The notes under the pieces: model-generated
The model's input: only the letters and a program-made list of their open reading frames with translations
Told to the model about the DNA's origin: nothing
The model's database searches: none
Shown here: one piece after another, positions 49,713-59,671 of the stretch
How the letters are laid out: each line of letters begins with the position of its first letter
Numbering within the stretch: position 1 is the stretch's first letter
Program-made: the position numbers and the translations under genes
Origin: Geopsychrobacteraceae bacterium
Lineage (GTDB): Bacteria; Desulfobacterota; Desulfuromonadia; Desulfuromonadales; Geopsychrobacteraceae
Assembly (NCBI GenBank): GCA_963676795.2
Contig: CAXXTB010000002.1
Location: 2,336,001-2,400,000 of the forward strand
Length of the DNA: 64,000 bases
Direction: 5' to 3'

Positions 49713-50840
49713 ATGTCACGCACCGACACCACACAGATCATCATCGATGACACGACATTAAGGGACGGCGAACAGACCGCAGGCGTTGTCTTCAGTCTGG
49801 AAGAGAAACTGACGATCGCCCGCATGCTCGACGAGGTCGGAGTCGGTGAGATCGAGTGCGGCATCCCGGCCATGGGCAAAACCGAGCAGGAATCGATCAA
49901 AGCCATCCATGACCTGCACCTGAATGCCCGGCTGATCACCTGGAACCGGGCGCTGACCAGCGACATCGACGCTTCACTGAACTGCGGAGCCAGTGCGATC
50001 GAAATTTCCCTGCCGGTCTCCGACTTTCAGATCCGCAACAAGATCAACAAGGACCGGCTCTGGGTCAAGGACCAGTTGAAACGCATCCTCGATTACGCCG
50101 GTCGTCACAATCTCTATATTTCAGTCGGTGGAGAAGATTCGAGCCGGGCCGACCTGCATTTCCTGCTGGAGCTGATGAAGATTGCCGCAGAGGGAGGTGC
50201 TGCCCGCTTCCGCTTCTGCGATACCCTCGGCCTGCTCGATCCCTTCACGACCTACGAAAAAGTCCGTTTCCTGGTCTCCCAGGGAACGATTGACCTCGAG
50301 GTTCACTGCCATAACGATCTGGGTATGGCCACAGCCAACAGCATCGCCGGCATCCGCGCCGGAGCAAAATTTGTCAATACCACGGTCAACGGCCTGGGAG
50401 AACGGGCCGGCAATGCCGCCCTCGAAGAGGTCGTCATGGCGCTCAAACACAGCTGTGCACTCGACCCGGGGCTCGATACCTCCCGTTTTGTTGAACTCTC
50501 CCGCTATGTCGCCAAGGCCAGCGGGCGGGAGATCCCGGGCTGGAAAGCAGTGGTCGGAGAAAATATCTTTGCCCATGAATCCGGCCTGCATGCTGACGGC
50601 GTCATCAAGAATCCGGGCAACTATGAGGGGTTCGACCCGGCCGAGGTCGGCCTGACCAGGCAACTGGTCCTCGGCAAACATTCCGGAACCCACAGTTTGA
50701 CCCAGCGCCTTGAAGAGCTGAAGATCGATATAGCCCAGATCGAGGTCGAAAAACTATTGGCCCGGGTCCGGGATCTGGCCAGTCGTAACAAACGACCATT
50801 GAGCGATCAGGAACTCCTTCAACTCTGCAGGGCCGCCTGA
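49713..50840 (+). CDS. nifV: Homocitrate synthase
   Basis: [54 protein letters not shown]. Confidence 0.93.
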   Translation: MSRTDTTQIIIDDTTLRDGEQTAGVVFSLEEKLTIARMLDEVGVGEIECGIPAMGKTEQESIKAIHDLHLNARLITWNRALTSDIDASLNCGASAIEISLPVSDFQIRNKINKDRLWVKDQLKRILDYAGRHNLYISVGGEDSSRADLHFLLELMKIAAEGGAARFRFCDTLGLLDPFTTYEKVRFLVSQGTIDLEVHCHNDLGMATANSIAGIRAGAKFVNTTVNGLGERAGNAALEEVVMALKHSCALDPGLDTSRFVELSRYVAKASGREIPGWKAVVGENIFAHESGLHADGVIKNPGNYEGFDPAEVGLTRQLVLGKHSGTHSLTQRLEELKIDIAQIEVEKLLARVRDLASRNKRPLSDQELLQLCRAA

Positions 50841-51646
50841 TGCTTATCCAGACACTGACAGCTGAAGACTGGTCTGCCTTTGCCGACATGGCCTGTGCCG
50901 AAGGCTGGAAAGTTCCGCTCCACGAACAGCGCCTGTTCCAGAATCACTGGCAACCCTACTTTTTCGTTCTGAAAAAACAGGGCCGACAGCTGGGCTATAT
51001 CTCTGCCGTCGCCTATCGCAACAGTGGCTGGATCGGCAATCTGATTATTCATCCCAGTTTCAGAGGCCAGGGCTATGGGAACGAACTGCTCAGCTACGCA
51101 TTGGCATTTCTGGACCAGCCCCAGGTCGAACGGATCTGGCTCACGACAAACGAACAGAGTGTCCCCTTTTTTCGCAAAGCGGGATTCTCGGCACTCGACC
51201 GTATCGAGCGCTGGAGCGCACCGGGACTGGGATTGCAGACAGCAAAAGAATCGGGAGACCTTGACGACCTGATCTATCTCGATTTGCGCTGTTGGGGAGA
51301 GTCTCGAGAAGCGCTGCTGCGCACCTACAGTAACGATTCAACCGTGCTGCGCCATGGCACGACCATGGCCCTGCTGCAGAATGGACTGGGCTTCTATCAG
51401 CTCGGTCCCTGGTTAACCCGCGACCTCAACTCCCGCGACCTGCGGGCATTGCTTCAGGAGGCACGAGCCTTCACCCCCGCCGACAAGTCGGTACTCTGTG
51501 ATATCCTGCTCCCGGATGAACTCAACCTGGTCCTGCGTTCCTGCGGTTTCGAATGCATCGGCAGTTCCCTGCTCATGTGCCTCAGCCATGAACCTGTCAG
51601 TTTCAGGGGCGTTATCGCCCTCGCCAGCCTCGGCAGTATCGGCTGA
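50840..51646 (+). CDS. GNAT family acetyltransferase, translationally coupled to nifV
   Basis: WIGNLIIHPSFRGQGYG, FRKAGF. Confidence 0.8.
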   Translation: MLIQTLTAEDWSAFADMACAEGWKVPLHEQRLFQNHWQPYFFVLKKQGRQLGYISAVAYRNSGWIGNLIIHPSFRGQGYGNELLSYALAFLDQPQVERIWLTTNEQSVPFFRKAGFSALDRIERWSAPGLGLQTAKESGDLDDLIYLDLRCWGESREALLRTYSNDSTVLRHGTTMALLQNGLGFYQLGPWLTRDLNSRDLRALLQEARAFTPADKSVLCDILLPDELNLVLRSCGFECIGSSLLMCLSHEPVSFRGVIALASLGSIG

Positions 51647-51715
51647 TTGTTCGCAAAAAATCAGCCGTCTCATCATAACCACACAAAATCGATAAACTTC
51701 TCCCCGACTTTTTTG

Positions 51716-51783
51716 TGCATATGCAAATTAACCATTGACATGCCAGCGTTCCGTCTCTATGCTCCACTTTAGTGCATATGCAC
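51716..51783 (+). promoter_or_regulatory. Sigma70 promoter flanked by two TGCATATGCA palindromes
   Basis: TTGACA(51735)-N17-TATGCT; palindromes at 51716-51725 and 51773-51782. Confidence 0.7.
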
Positions 51784-51807
51784 AGAATTGCAGCAACGGA
51801 GAAGGAC

Positions 51808-52017
51808 ATGCCAGGTCAAGATGGAACCGGCCCACTCGGCCAGAAACAGGGAAGAGGTTATGGCCGTCGCAACGTAAACGCGGGTCAACCCCAAACGGGC
51901 TTCGGCAACGGCCGTAATTGCCGGCACTCCCCAGACTCCGAACCGGGCACAAACGGCGTCGGCCGATCAGCACAGCCCATACCAGCCGACCAAAAACGCA
52001 ACTGGACAGGGTCCTGA
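51808..52017 (+). CDS. Small DUF5320-like protein
   Basis: MPGQDGTGPLGQ..GRGYG N-terminus; GGAGAAGGA RBS. Confidence 0.6.
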   Translation: MPGQDGTGPLGQKQGRGYGRRNVNAGQPQTGFGNGRNCRHSPDSEPGTNGVGRSAQPIPADQKRNWTGS

Positions 52018-52048
52018 TAACCATAAACAAACAACGGAGAAACCCAGA

Positions 52049-52789
52049 ATGATCATTGCCATTACCGCACAAGAACCATCCCTGCAGGCCGAAATCGATC
52101 CACGCTTTGGCCGCGCCGCTTACTTCATGATCGCAGACAGTATTACCGGCCAGGTCCGCGCCCATGACAACAGTGCCGGAGTCGAGGCCAGCAACGGCGC
52201 AGGAACATCGGCAGCCCAACTGCTGGCTGATGCCGGTGTCAACATCCTCTACACCGGCAAAGTCGGCCCCAAGGCGGCTGAAGTCCTGAACAAAGCCGGC
52301 ATTGTCTATCATGAAGATATCACCGGCACCGTTGAGGCCGTTCTCGATGGCCTGGCCCAGGATATCAGCACCCAGCAACAGGCCGGCGGCCAGGCGGCAA
52401 CTGTCGAACCGCCGGAAGACGGCGCACTGCGCCTCGCGGTTCCTGCCGATAGTGACACAGGACTGCAGTCGACCCGCTCCGGTCACTTCGGGCGGTGCAA
52501 CTACTACACCCTGATCGACATCAAAGACAACCAGATCGTCAAGATCACGCCATTGAAAAACGGCGGGCACACCCAAGGCGGCTGTTTTGCCCCGGTCATG
52601 CTCTTAAGCGGCAATCACGTCACCAAACTGGTTGTTGCCGGCATCGGCGGCCGTCCATTGCAGGGCTTCCGCGCCAACGGTATTGAAGTCTATTTCGGCG
52701 GCGGCAACACCGTTGAAGAAACCCTCAACCTCTACCTCAACGACCAGCTCAGCCCCTTGAGCGACGACCAGGTCTGCGGCGCCCACTAA
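52049..52789 (+). CDS. Tandem NifB/NifX (MTH1175/Orange-protein-like) two-domain protein
   Basis: IDPRFGRAAYF..GKVGPKA and SGHFGRCNYY..HTQGGC..GIGGRPLQGF..CGAH. Confidence 0.85.
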   Translation: MIIAITAQEPSLQAEIDPRFGRAAYFMIADSITGQVRAHDNSAGVEASNGAGTSAAQLLADAGVNILYTGKVGPKAAEVLNKAGIVYHEDITGTVEAVLDGLAQDISTQQQAGGQAATVEPPEDGALRLAVPADSDTGLQSTRSGHFGRCNYYTLIDIKDNQIVKITPLKNGGHTQGGCFAPVMLLSGNHVTKLVVAGIGGRPLQGFRANGIEVYFGGGNTVEETLNLYLNDQLSPLSDDQVCGAH

Positions 52790-52901
52790 CCCCAGTCTGC
52801 GCAGCACAGCGGTTCTTTGCCCTGGCCACCGATAGCTCAGTGGCCAGGGCATCTGAATAGCGAATTTCACCCACACCTGAAAAAAGAGACAGGGTATTTC
52901 A

Positions 52902-53729
52902 ATGATCATCTCAGTTGTCAGTGGCAAAGGCGGCGCCGGCAAGACGACGCTCGCCCTGTCTCTGGCCCAGAGTTTTAATGCTCAACTCTACGACCTCGAT
53001 GTCGATGCTCCGAACAGCGAATATTTTCTCCAGTTGCAGGAAGCGACTGCCGAACCGGTCACCCAGATCCTGCCGCACTTTTCTACGGAACTCTGTAACG
53101 GCTGCGGTATCTGCACCAAAGAATGCCGATTCAACGCGCTCTATAAGATTGCCGGCACGGTTTACCTGACCGACACCCTCTGCCACGGCTGCGGCCTCTG
53201 TGAAATGGTCTGTCCTCAGCGGGCGATCAGCTATCAGCCTGAAGAGATCGGAAAAATGCGCCGGGCGGTCTCTCCCGTCACCGGTGCCCAGGTCACCATC
53301 GGCGATCTGAAAATCGGCTCGGCGCGCAGCACCTTCCTGATTCAGCAGCTGATTGAGACCATTGACAAGGCGCCCCTGACCATCATTGACGGCCCGCCCG
53401 GCAATTCCTGCGCCGCCGTTGCGGCGATCGAGCCGGCCGACCTGGTTGTGCTGGTCGCCGAACCGACTCCCTTCGGCTTTCATGACATGTGCCAGACCGA
53501 AGAGATCCTTAAGAAACTGAATAAGCGCTACCTCATCATTGCCAACAAGGCCAACAGCAGTGAAGCGACAGCCCAATTGTTCAAGGATCGCACCCACAAG
53601 CCGCAGATGGTCATCCCTCTTGACGACCGCTACCATCAGGCCAACCTGAACGGCCAGGTTCTCAGTCAAATTTTTCCTGAAATCCAGCAGCAGCTCACTG
53701 AGCTGATCGGCCCGGAGATCAAAGTATGA
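52902..53729 (+). CDS. MinD-superfamily P-loop ATPase with inserted 2x[4Fe-4S] ferredoxin
   Basis: SGKGGAGKT, DVDAPN, CNGCGIC, CHGCGLC..CP, IDGPPGNSC, EPTPFG. Confidence 0.9.
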   Translation: MIISVVSGKGGAGKTTLALSLAQSFNAQLYDLDVDAPNSEYFLQLQEATAEPVTQILPHFSTELCNGCGICTKECRFNALYKIAGTVYLTDTLCHGCGLCEMVCPQRAISYQPEEIGKMRRAVSPVTGAQVTIGDLKIGSARSTFLIQQLIETIDKAPLTIIDGPPGNSCAAVAAIEPADLVVLVAEPTPFGFHDMCQTEEILKKLNKRYLIIANKANSSEATAQLFKDRTHKPQMVIPLDDRYHQANLNGQVLSQIFPEIQQQLTELIGPEIKV

Positions 53730-54592
53730 AACCGAAGCAGATTGCCCTTTTAAGCGGCAAGGGGGGCGCAGGCAAGACCTCCGTCACCGCCGCCCTGATC
53801 AAACTTTTCGATGAGGTTGTCGCCGTCGATGCAGACGTCAACGCATCCAACCTGCCGATTCTGCTTCAGCCTGAAAAACTCAAGCAGAGTGATTACTACG
53901 CGATGGATGTCGCAGCGATTGATGCGACCAGCTGCACCAACTGTGGAATATGCATCGCAACCTGTCACTTCTCGGCGATCCGCTCCGGCAAGCCTGGCGC
54001 TGTCCCCGTTGTTCATGGTTGTGAAGGCTGCGCCAGCTGCGCCTTCGTCTGCCCGCAGCAGGCGATCAGCATGGTTCCCCACCAGGCCGGAGTCTGGTAT
54101 CAGAGCCGGATGAATAACGGCATGATGCTCCACGCCGACCTGTTCCCCGGCGAAGATAACAGCGGAAAACTGATCAGCAAAATCCGAAACGAAGCAGCTG
54201 CGGTTGCAAAAGAGCGGCAGATTCCCTACATTGTCATTGACGGGCCACCGGGCACCAGCTGCCAGGCTATATCATCGATCACCGGGGTCGATCTGGTTGT
54301 CGCGGTCGTCGAGGAAAGCCTTTCCGGCCTGTCCGACTACCGGCGGCTGGCGGGATTGCTGGAAAAATTTCGACTCAGACACCTGGTGGTTATCAACAAG
54401 GCCGGCTTCAGTACCGAGATCAATCGTCAGATCAGAACCAGCGCGGCGGAGTTCGGCTCTGAGGTTTTCTGCAGCCTGCCGTTTGACCGGGCCATCCCTG
54501 AGGCATTGCAAAACTTGCAAAGTCTGGCCGAAATAGACGAATATAGAGAAACGATAAAGAACCTGCTCACTGAACTTAAAAAGTACCCGTAA
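53726..54592 (+). CDS. Second MinD-superfamily ATPase with inserted ferredoxin
   Basis: SGKGGAGKT, CTNCGIC, CEGCASC..CP, GEDNSGKL, DGPPGTSC. Confidence 0.9.
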   Translation: MKPKQIALLSGKGGAGKTSVTAALIKLFDEVVAVDADVNASNLPILLQPEKLKQSDYYAMDVAAIDATSCTNCGICIATCHFSAIRSGKPGAVPVVHGCEGCASCAFVCPQQAISMVPHQAGVWYQSRMNNGMMLHADLFPGEDNSGKLISKIRNEAAAVAKERQIPYIVIDGPPGTSCQAISSITGVDLVVAVVEESLSGLSDYRRLAGLLEKFRLRHLVVINKAGFSTEINRQIRTSAAEFGSEVFCSLPFDRAIPEALQNLQSLAEIDEYRETIKNLLTELKKYP

Positions 54593-54626
54593 CCTGCGGG
54601 TCAAAACCATAACAAGAGGATTCTTG

Positions 54627-55850
54627 ATGAACGCAGTACAGATTACTGACGGCATTTATTGTTTGCCAGTCAATCTCGAAAGCTATCAGCTGTTTGAAGG
54701 AATGTGGCCGATGCCGAACGGCATCTCGATCAATGCCTACATCGTCAAAGGTGAAAAAACGGCCCTGATCGACCTGATTGAAGACATCAAAGGAAAGCCC
54801 GCCGATTTTGAACGCGAACTCGCGTCAATCTCCATCGAACCGGAAAAGATCGATTACCTGATCATCAATCATATGGAACCGGATCATACCAGCTGGCTGC
54901 CCAAACTGCATCAACGCAATCCGAACCTGAGGATCTACAGTACCGCCAAAGCCGCCGCCATGCTCAAAAACTTCTACGACATCGACACCAATGTCGTGAC
55001 CATCAAAGACGGCGACACCCTCGACCTCGGCCAGGGCAAGGTCCTGACCTTCTTTGAGACCCCCAACATCCATTGGCCGGAAACCATGATGACCTACGAG
55101 CAGAGCAGCGGCACCCTCTTCTCCTGCGACGGTTTCGGCTCCTACGGTACCCTTAACGGGGTCTATTTTGACGATCAGCTGTCAACCACCCAGCACAGCT
55201 TCTTCAGCAACGAAGCGCTGCGCTACTACGCCAATATCGTCTCCAGCTTTTCGACCTTTGTCACCAAGGCGATCGACCGCCTGAACAGTCTCGACATCAA
55301 GGTCATCGCCCCCTCACACGGCATCATCTGGCGCGAAAACCCGCAGGCGATCATCGATTCCTACGCCCGGCTGGCTTCCTACCAGAACGGTCCGGCCGAA
55401 CCGGAAGTCACCGTCATCTGGTCGAGCATGTACGGCAACACCGAAAAGCTGGTCAACAGTATCGTCCAGGGTGTCCGCAAGGAAGGGCTGCCGGTTCATG
55501 TCTACCGCGTACCTGACGAGCACGTCGGCGGCATCCTCGCCTCCGCCTGGAAATCGGCCGGACTGATCCTCGGCATGCCGACCTACGAATACGAGATGTT
55601 CCCGCCGATGGCCTGGGTTCTCGACATGTTCAGGCGCAAGAAGGTCTGGAACAAAAAGGTCCTGCGCTTCGGCTCGGCCGGCTGGTCAGGGGGCGCGCAG
55701 CGGGAATTGACCGCTCTGACCGAAAAACTCAAGTGGGATTTTCTCGAGCCGATCGAGTGGATGGGAAAACCGTCTGAAGAAGATCTGCAGCGGGCCATGG
55801 AGCAGAGTCAGGCGCTGGCCCGCTCCGTCAAGGAATACTGTAGCAAATGA
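54627..55850 (+). CDS. fprA: Flavodiiron protein (FprA)
   Basis: NHMEPDH, HWPETM, FSCDGFG, APSHG, SMYGNTE, GWSGGA. Confidence 0.93.
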   Translation: MNAVQITDGIYCLPVNLESYQLFEGMWPMPNGISINAYIVKGEKTALIDLIEDIKGKPADFERELASISIEPEKIDYLIINHMEPDHTSWLPKLHQRNPNLRIYSTAKAAAMLKNFYDIDTNVVTIKDGDTLDLGQGKVLTFFETPNIHWPETMMTYEQSSGTLFSCDGFGSYGTLNGVYFDDQLSTTQHSFFSNEALRYYANIVSSFSTFVTKAIDRLNSLDIKVIAPSHGIIWRENPQAIIDSYARLASYQNGPAEPEVTVIWSSMYGNTEKLVNSIVQGVRKEGLPVHVYRVPDEHVGGILASAWKSAGLILGMPTYEYEMFPPMAWVLDMFRRKKVWNKKVLRFGSAGWSGGAQRELTALTEKLKWDFLEPIEWMGKPSEEDLQRAMEQSQALARSVKEYCSK

Positions 55851-55927
55851 CCTCAGTGATTGGTTGCCAGTCACTGAGATTTCAGATTTGAAATTTCATA
55901 TTTCAAAAAAATTCGGGGAAGCTGGGA

Positions 55928-56125
55928 ATGGGTGAGGAAAAAAGTCCGTGGATCTGTCACGTGTGCGATCACAGGTCAACGGTTGGCGAAGGGTTGGTCT
56001 GCAGTGTCTGTTACAAGCTGACCTGCCCAGAGCATATCACAACAACCTCTGTCTACAATCCTGACATCGGCCTCTATGAACTGAAACTGGTCTGTGTCGC
56101 CTGCCAGTTCCTGAAGAATCTTTAG
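55928..56125 (+). CDS. Small Cys-rich putative zinc-binding protein
   Basis: CHVC, CSVC, CPEH, CVAC in 65 aa. Confidence 0.6.
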   Translation: MGEEKSPWICHVCDHRSTVGEGLVCSVCYKLTCPEHITTTSVYNPDIGLYELKLVCVACQFLKNL

Positions 56126-56137
56126 CGGATAGATAAG

Positions 56138-56497
56138 ATGAAAAACAGCAACAACAGACTGGTCTATTCCGACAGTCTCGGCAAAATCTGCCCTGAATGC
56201 CAACAGCCGGTCAAACAGTGTCGCTGCAACAAGAAGCAGGCATCGGCCCAACCTTCCGACGGCATTGTCCGGATCACCCGGGAAACCAAGGGGCGCAAAG
56301 GCAAAGGAGTCACTCTGATCAGCGGCGTTCCACTGGCTGGCGAAGAGCTGAAGGCCTTTGCCAAAACTCTGAAACAGAAGTGCGGGACCGGCGGAACCCT
56401 CAAGGACGGAATTATCGAAATCCAGGGAGATCACCGCGATCTGCTCCTGGGCCTGCTTCAACAGCAGGGGTGGACAGTGAAAAAAGCGGGCGGTTAA
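56138..56497 (+). CDS. yciH: SUI1/YciH translation factor
   Basis: RETKGRKGKGVT, LKQKCGTGG, IEIQGDHR. Confidence 0.93.
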   Translation: MKNSNNRLVYSDSLGKICPECQQPVKQCRCNKKQASAQPSDGIVRITRETKGRKGKGVTLISGVPLAGEELKAFAKTLKQKCGTGGTLKDGIIEIQGDHRDLLLGLLQQQGWTVKKAGG

Positions 56498-56514
56498 CCG
56501 CTTTAGGCGTCCCG

Positions 56515-57621
56515 TTAGACCAACCGCACCCGGGCGAACCCACCCCGCTCGGTATTCAGATTGGTGACCTGCCCCTGATAAACCCTGGCGACGACGCCAA
56601 GCAGTTTATCGCGATAGACGTAGAGCCGGATATCGACCTTAAAATCTTCCCCCTCCGAAGTTACGACCGAAGGGGGAACGACCTGCTGGACAAGGGTTGT
56701 TTCCGGTTCCAACTCGGCAAACCGTTTGCGCGAGACCGACTTGCCCATCAGCACACCGCGCCCCCCGAAGCGGCTGACCGGCTTAAAAATGGAATCCTTG
56801 CGTTCTGCCCAGACCGTATCAGGATCGAGATCCTTGAGCAGGCGGCTTTGCGGGACACAGCTTGCGAGCAGACGGCGATCGTTATCGGTCAACCCAAGAG
56901 CGGCCAGATAAGCCGCATCAGACCAGAGGATCATGCGGCGCTTGTCGGCCAGCAGGCCGTAGGCAAAGGGGTTGGGCGACAGACACACCTGCCTGGCCAG
57001 ATAAGCCGTGCGGATAGCCCCCATGACCTCATCTTCCAGATAGAAATCACAGTGTCTGTTGTAGATCAGGTCGATCTGCCCCGATTTTCCATAGAGCCCC
57101 CCCTCCTGAACCAGCAACTCTTCCGGAGCGAGAATCTCAACCTCCAGCCCCTGCTGCACAAGCCATGTGGCGATAAATTCCATCTCAACATAGAGGGGCT
57201 GATTTTTGGGCTCCTCATCGACAATGGCAACCCGCCGCAACGACCTGATCTCCTCACCACAGAAGGAGCGCCAGTCGCTCAGCAGACTTCCAAGAAAGCG
57301 CTTTTTGAAGCGCTCGGTATCAACAGCCCCACTATCGCCACCGCCGGCAAGCTCCGTCTGCAGCGTCATATAGGTACCGCCAGCATTGGTATTGACCTCG
57401 ATCAGCTTGGGACCTGCGTCACTTAAGTGAAAATCGTAGCCCATCATCAGCGAACCGTGCCCGGGATCGAATCTGGCCGTCTCCGGCAATTCGGAAAACA
57501 CTGCCTGACGATACTCAGGGTTCTGACTCAACCGATAGAGAGCCCTGACCAGACGCAACATCTGACGGAAATCGGAGCGGGTTACCGAAATGGGGATCTG
57601 GCTAATGAGGTTGTCCGACAT
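56515..57621 (-). CDS. Circularly permuted ATP-grasp ligase-like protein
   Basis: GYDFH..PKLIEVNTNAGG, IYNRH, ADKRRM, KPVSRFGGRGV, VQQVV, DIRLY. Confidence 0.7.
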   Translation of the reverse strand: MSDNLISQIPISVTRSDFRQMLRLVRALYRLSQNPEYRQAVFSELPETARFDPGHGSLMMGYDFHLSDAGPKLIEVNTNAGGTYMTLQTELAGGGDSGAVDTERFKKRFLGSLLSDWRSFCGEEIRSLRRVAIVDEEPKNQPLYVEMEFIATWLVQQGLEVEILAPEELLVQEGGLYGKSGQIDLIYNRHCDFYLEDEVMGAIRTAYLARQVCLSPNPFAYGLLADKRRMILWSDAAYLAALGLTDNDRRLLASCVPQSRLLKDLDPDTVWAERKDSIFKPVSRFGGRGVLMGKSVSRKRFAELEPETTLVQQVVPPSVVTSEGEDFKVDIRLYVYRDKLLGVVARVYQGQVTNLNTERGGFARVRLV

Positions 57622-57629
57622 CCCGCCCC

Positions 57630-58658
57630 CTATTCAAAAGAATTGATCCGCCGGATAAAGGCATTCAAAAGACCATAACTGCGCCGGTTGAACTCCAGGA
57701 CCAGACGCGGCAAGTCAGCCAGATCGGGCTGGTCCCCCTCTTCCGGCAGCGCACTGTTCAGGCGCATACTGCCACCGGGAGCGAGAATCTCGCTGAACTC
57801 GCTCATCAGGATATCGACCTGCTCCTCATCGAGTTTGCGATTGAGACGAATGACCATCTTGTCCCTGACAAAGCGCATGGAATGGTAGCAGCGATAAAAA
57901 TCCTCTATGACCTTCACTGCTTCGACCGGATCGCGGGTGATAGTAAAGAGACCGAAATCTTCACCGGAAATCAGTCCGCGTTTGAACAGGCTGTCGCGGG
58001 TGAATTCCAGCCAATCCTCCCAGTAACCGCCCTCATCATCGATCATGACCAGCGGAATCGGCGGGTTCTTGCCGGTCTGAATCAGGGTCATCGCCTCCAT
58101 CGCTTCGTCCATGGTTCCGAAACCACCCGGAAACAGGGCCACGGCATGAGCTTCCTTGAGAAAGGCAACCTTGCGGTTGAAAAAATATTTATAGGTAATG
58201 ACCTTGTCATCCTCGTGCATGACCGGGTTGGTGTCCTGTTCGAAAGGCAACTGGATATTGACAGCAAAGGAATTTTCGACCCCGGCACCTTCGTTACCAG
58301 CCAGCATGATCCCCGGCCCGCCACCGGTGATGACCATATAGTCCCGCTCAGCCAGCATACGGGAAAAGGTCACGCACTTCTGATAGATTGCCTCTTCCGG
58401 AGCGGTTCTGGCGCTGCCAAAAACCGTAACCTTGCGTCTGTGGCGATAGGGGGCGAAGATCTTGTTGGTATAGCGCATCTCCTTCATGGTCGTGCGCATC
58501 AACTTCTGGTCAGCCAGATAGTCGTTCTCCTGCCCTGACTTGAGAGCGCTGATAATCATTTCACGGATCATCCCGGGATGATAAACCTTTGTTTCAGCCA
58601 GCAAACGATCGATCAGATCGTCAATCTCACCATTGCGACGTTCAAAACTTAACGACAT
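57630..58658 (-). CDS. LOG family nucleotide phosphoribohydrolase (long form)
   Basis: VFGSART, TGGGPGIM, YFFNRK, PGGFGTMDE. Confidence 0.88.
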   Translation of the reverse strand: MSLSFERRNGEIDDLIDRLLAETKVYHPGMIREMIISALKSGQENDYLADQKLMRTTMKEMRYTNKIFAPYRHRRKVTVFGSARTAPEEAIYQKCVTFSRMLAERDYMVITGGGPGIMLAGNEGAGVENSFAVNIQLPFEQDTNPVMHEDDKVITYKYFFNRKVAFLKEAHAVALFPGGFGTMDEAMEAMTLIQTGKNPPIPLVMIDDEGGYWEDWLEFTRDSLFKRGLISGEDFGLFTITRDPVEAVKVIEDFYRCYHSMRFVRDKMVIRLNRKLDEEQVDILMSEFSEILAPGGSMRLNSALPEEGDQPDLADLPRLVLEFNRRSYGLLNAFIRRINSFE

Positions 58659-58679
58659 GACAAATTCCTCCGAAAATCA

Positions 58680-59225
58680 TTACAGAGTGCCTGGGGCACC
58701 GAGAAAAGGCTTGCCGTCCAGCCGTCGTTGCTGCAACAGCAGTCCGCTCATTCCAGCCCCCGCATACCTGAGGGAGAACTGCTGGTAGATTTCACGTAAC
58801 TGCCTGTCAAGTTGATAGAAGGTTTCGACCTGCACGGCGGACAAGCTTCCTTCTATCATATCACAGATGAAGGTCACACAATTATATGGACGACGCGCTT
58901 CGTCAAGCAGACAGCCTGATGTGCTCAAAAAGGGGCAGGTTCTGGCAAAGTCAGGCTGCGGTGGACACTCTCCGGCCCCTAGGTAGGCGAGCAGGTTGGC
59001 CAGGGTCATATGGTTGTGCCCTTTATGGCAGCACTCACCAAGACAACTGCAGCAATGCTCGGCTCCGTTACCCAGATAAAACAGCTGCTGCAGTTCGCCC
59101 TGAAGCCTGCCGATCCGCTCCAGCCGAGCGGCGATCCAGTCCTTCTCGTTCTCGTTAAGAGCCTGATACTCTGTGGCAACCTGGTCGACGATCTGCGCCC
59201 AGCGCCTGCTGCGTTCTTCTGTCAT
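58680..59225 (-). CDS. Cys-rich protein (CxxCxxxCC, YkgJ-like Zn/Fe-chelating)
   Basis: CCSCLGECC, CPFL..GC, RPYNCVTFIC. Confidence 0.6.
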   Translation of the reverse strand: MTEERSRRWAQIVDQVATEYQALNENEKDWIAARLERIGRLQGELQQLFYLGNGAEHCCSCLGECCHKGHNHMTLANLLAYLGAGECPPQPDFARTCPFLSTSGCLLDEARRPYNCVTFICDMIEGSLSAVQVETFYQLDRQLREIYQQFSLRYAGAGMSGLLLQQRRLDGKPFLGAPGTL

Positions 59226-59280
59226 TCTCACTTCCAAATAAAAAGGCAGTATGACCTGCGCCATACTGCCCCGTAATAAC

Positions 59281-59664
59281 AGGCCGAAGAAGGCCATAAG
59301 CCGGGTTCTGTTCTCTGCCGCAGTTACCCGCAACAGAGTGACGATCATTCATCTAGGGCCAGCGTTGCCACTGGCCTCAAGCAGCCAGACCCGGAAACTT
59401 CGGACGGACCGCCCTCAAACGTTTCCCTATTCGACCTTGCTCCGGATGGGGTTTACCTAGCATTCGACGTCACCATCGAAACTGGTGAGCTCTTACCTCA
59501 CCCTTTCACCCTTACCGACTGCCACAAGGACAGCGGCGGTCTTCTCTCTGTGGCACTTTCCCTGGGGTCACCCCCGGTTCCCGTTAGGAACCATCCCGTC
59601 CTGCGGAGCCCGGACTTTCCTCCCGTCGCTTAGCGACCGGCGATCATCTGTCCTTCTTCGACCT
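59281..59664 (-). ncRNA. rnpB: RNase P RNA (type A)
   Basis: Minus strand GAGGAAAGTCCGGGCTCC ... ACAGAACCCGGCTTA; complementary ends form P1. Confidence 0.96.
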
Positions 59665-59671
59665 GAACTTC

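Noticed and set aside
52820..52850. tRNA-like TAGCTCAGTGG sequence
   Set aside because: Part of a simple GCCCTGGCCAC/GTGGCCAGGGC hairpin; no T-arm or anticodon arm
56197..57426. 409-aa plus-strand ORF
   Set aside because: Overlaps yciH out of frame and is antisense to the ATP-grasp gene
59226..59348. N-terminal extension of the 222-aa track ORF
   Set aside because: Overlaps RNase P RNA; ATG 59225 is the more plausible start
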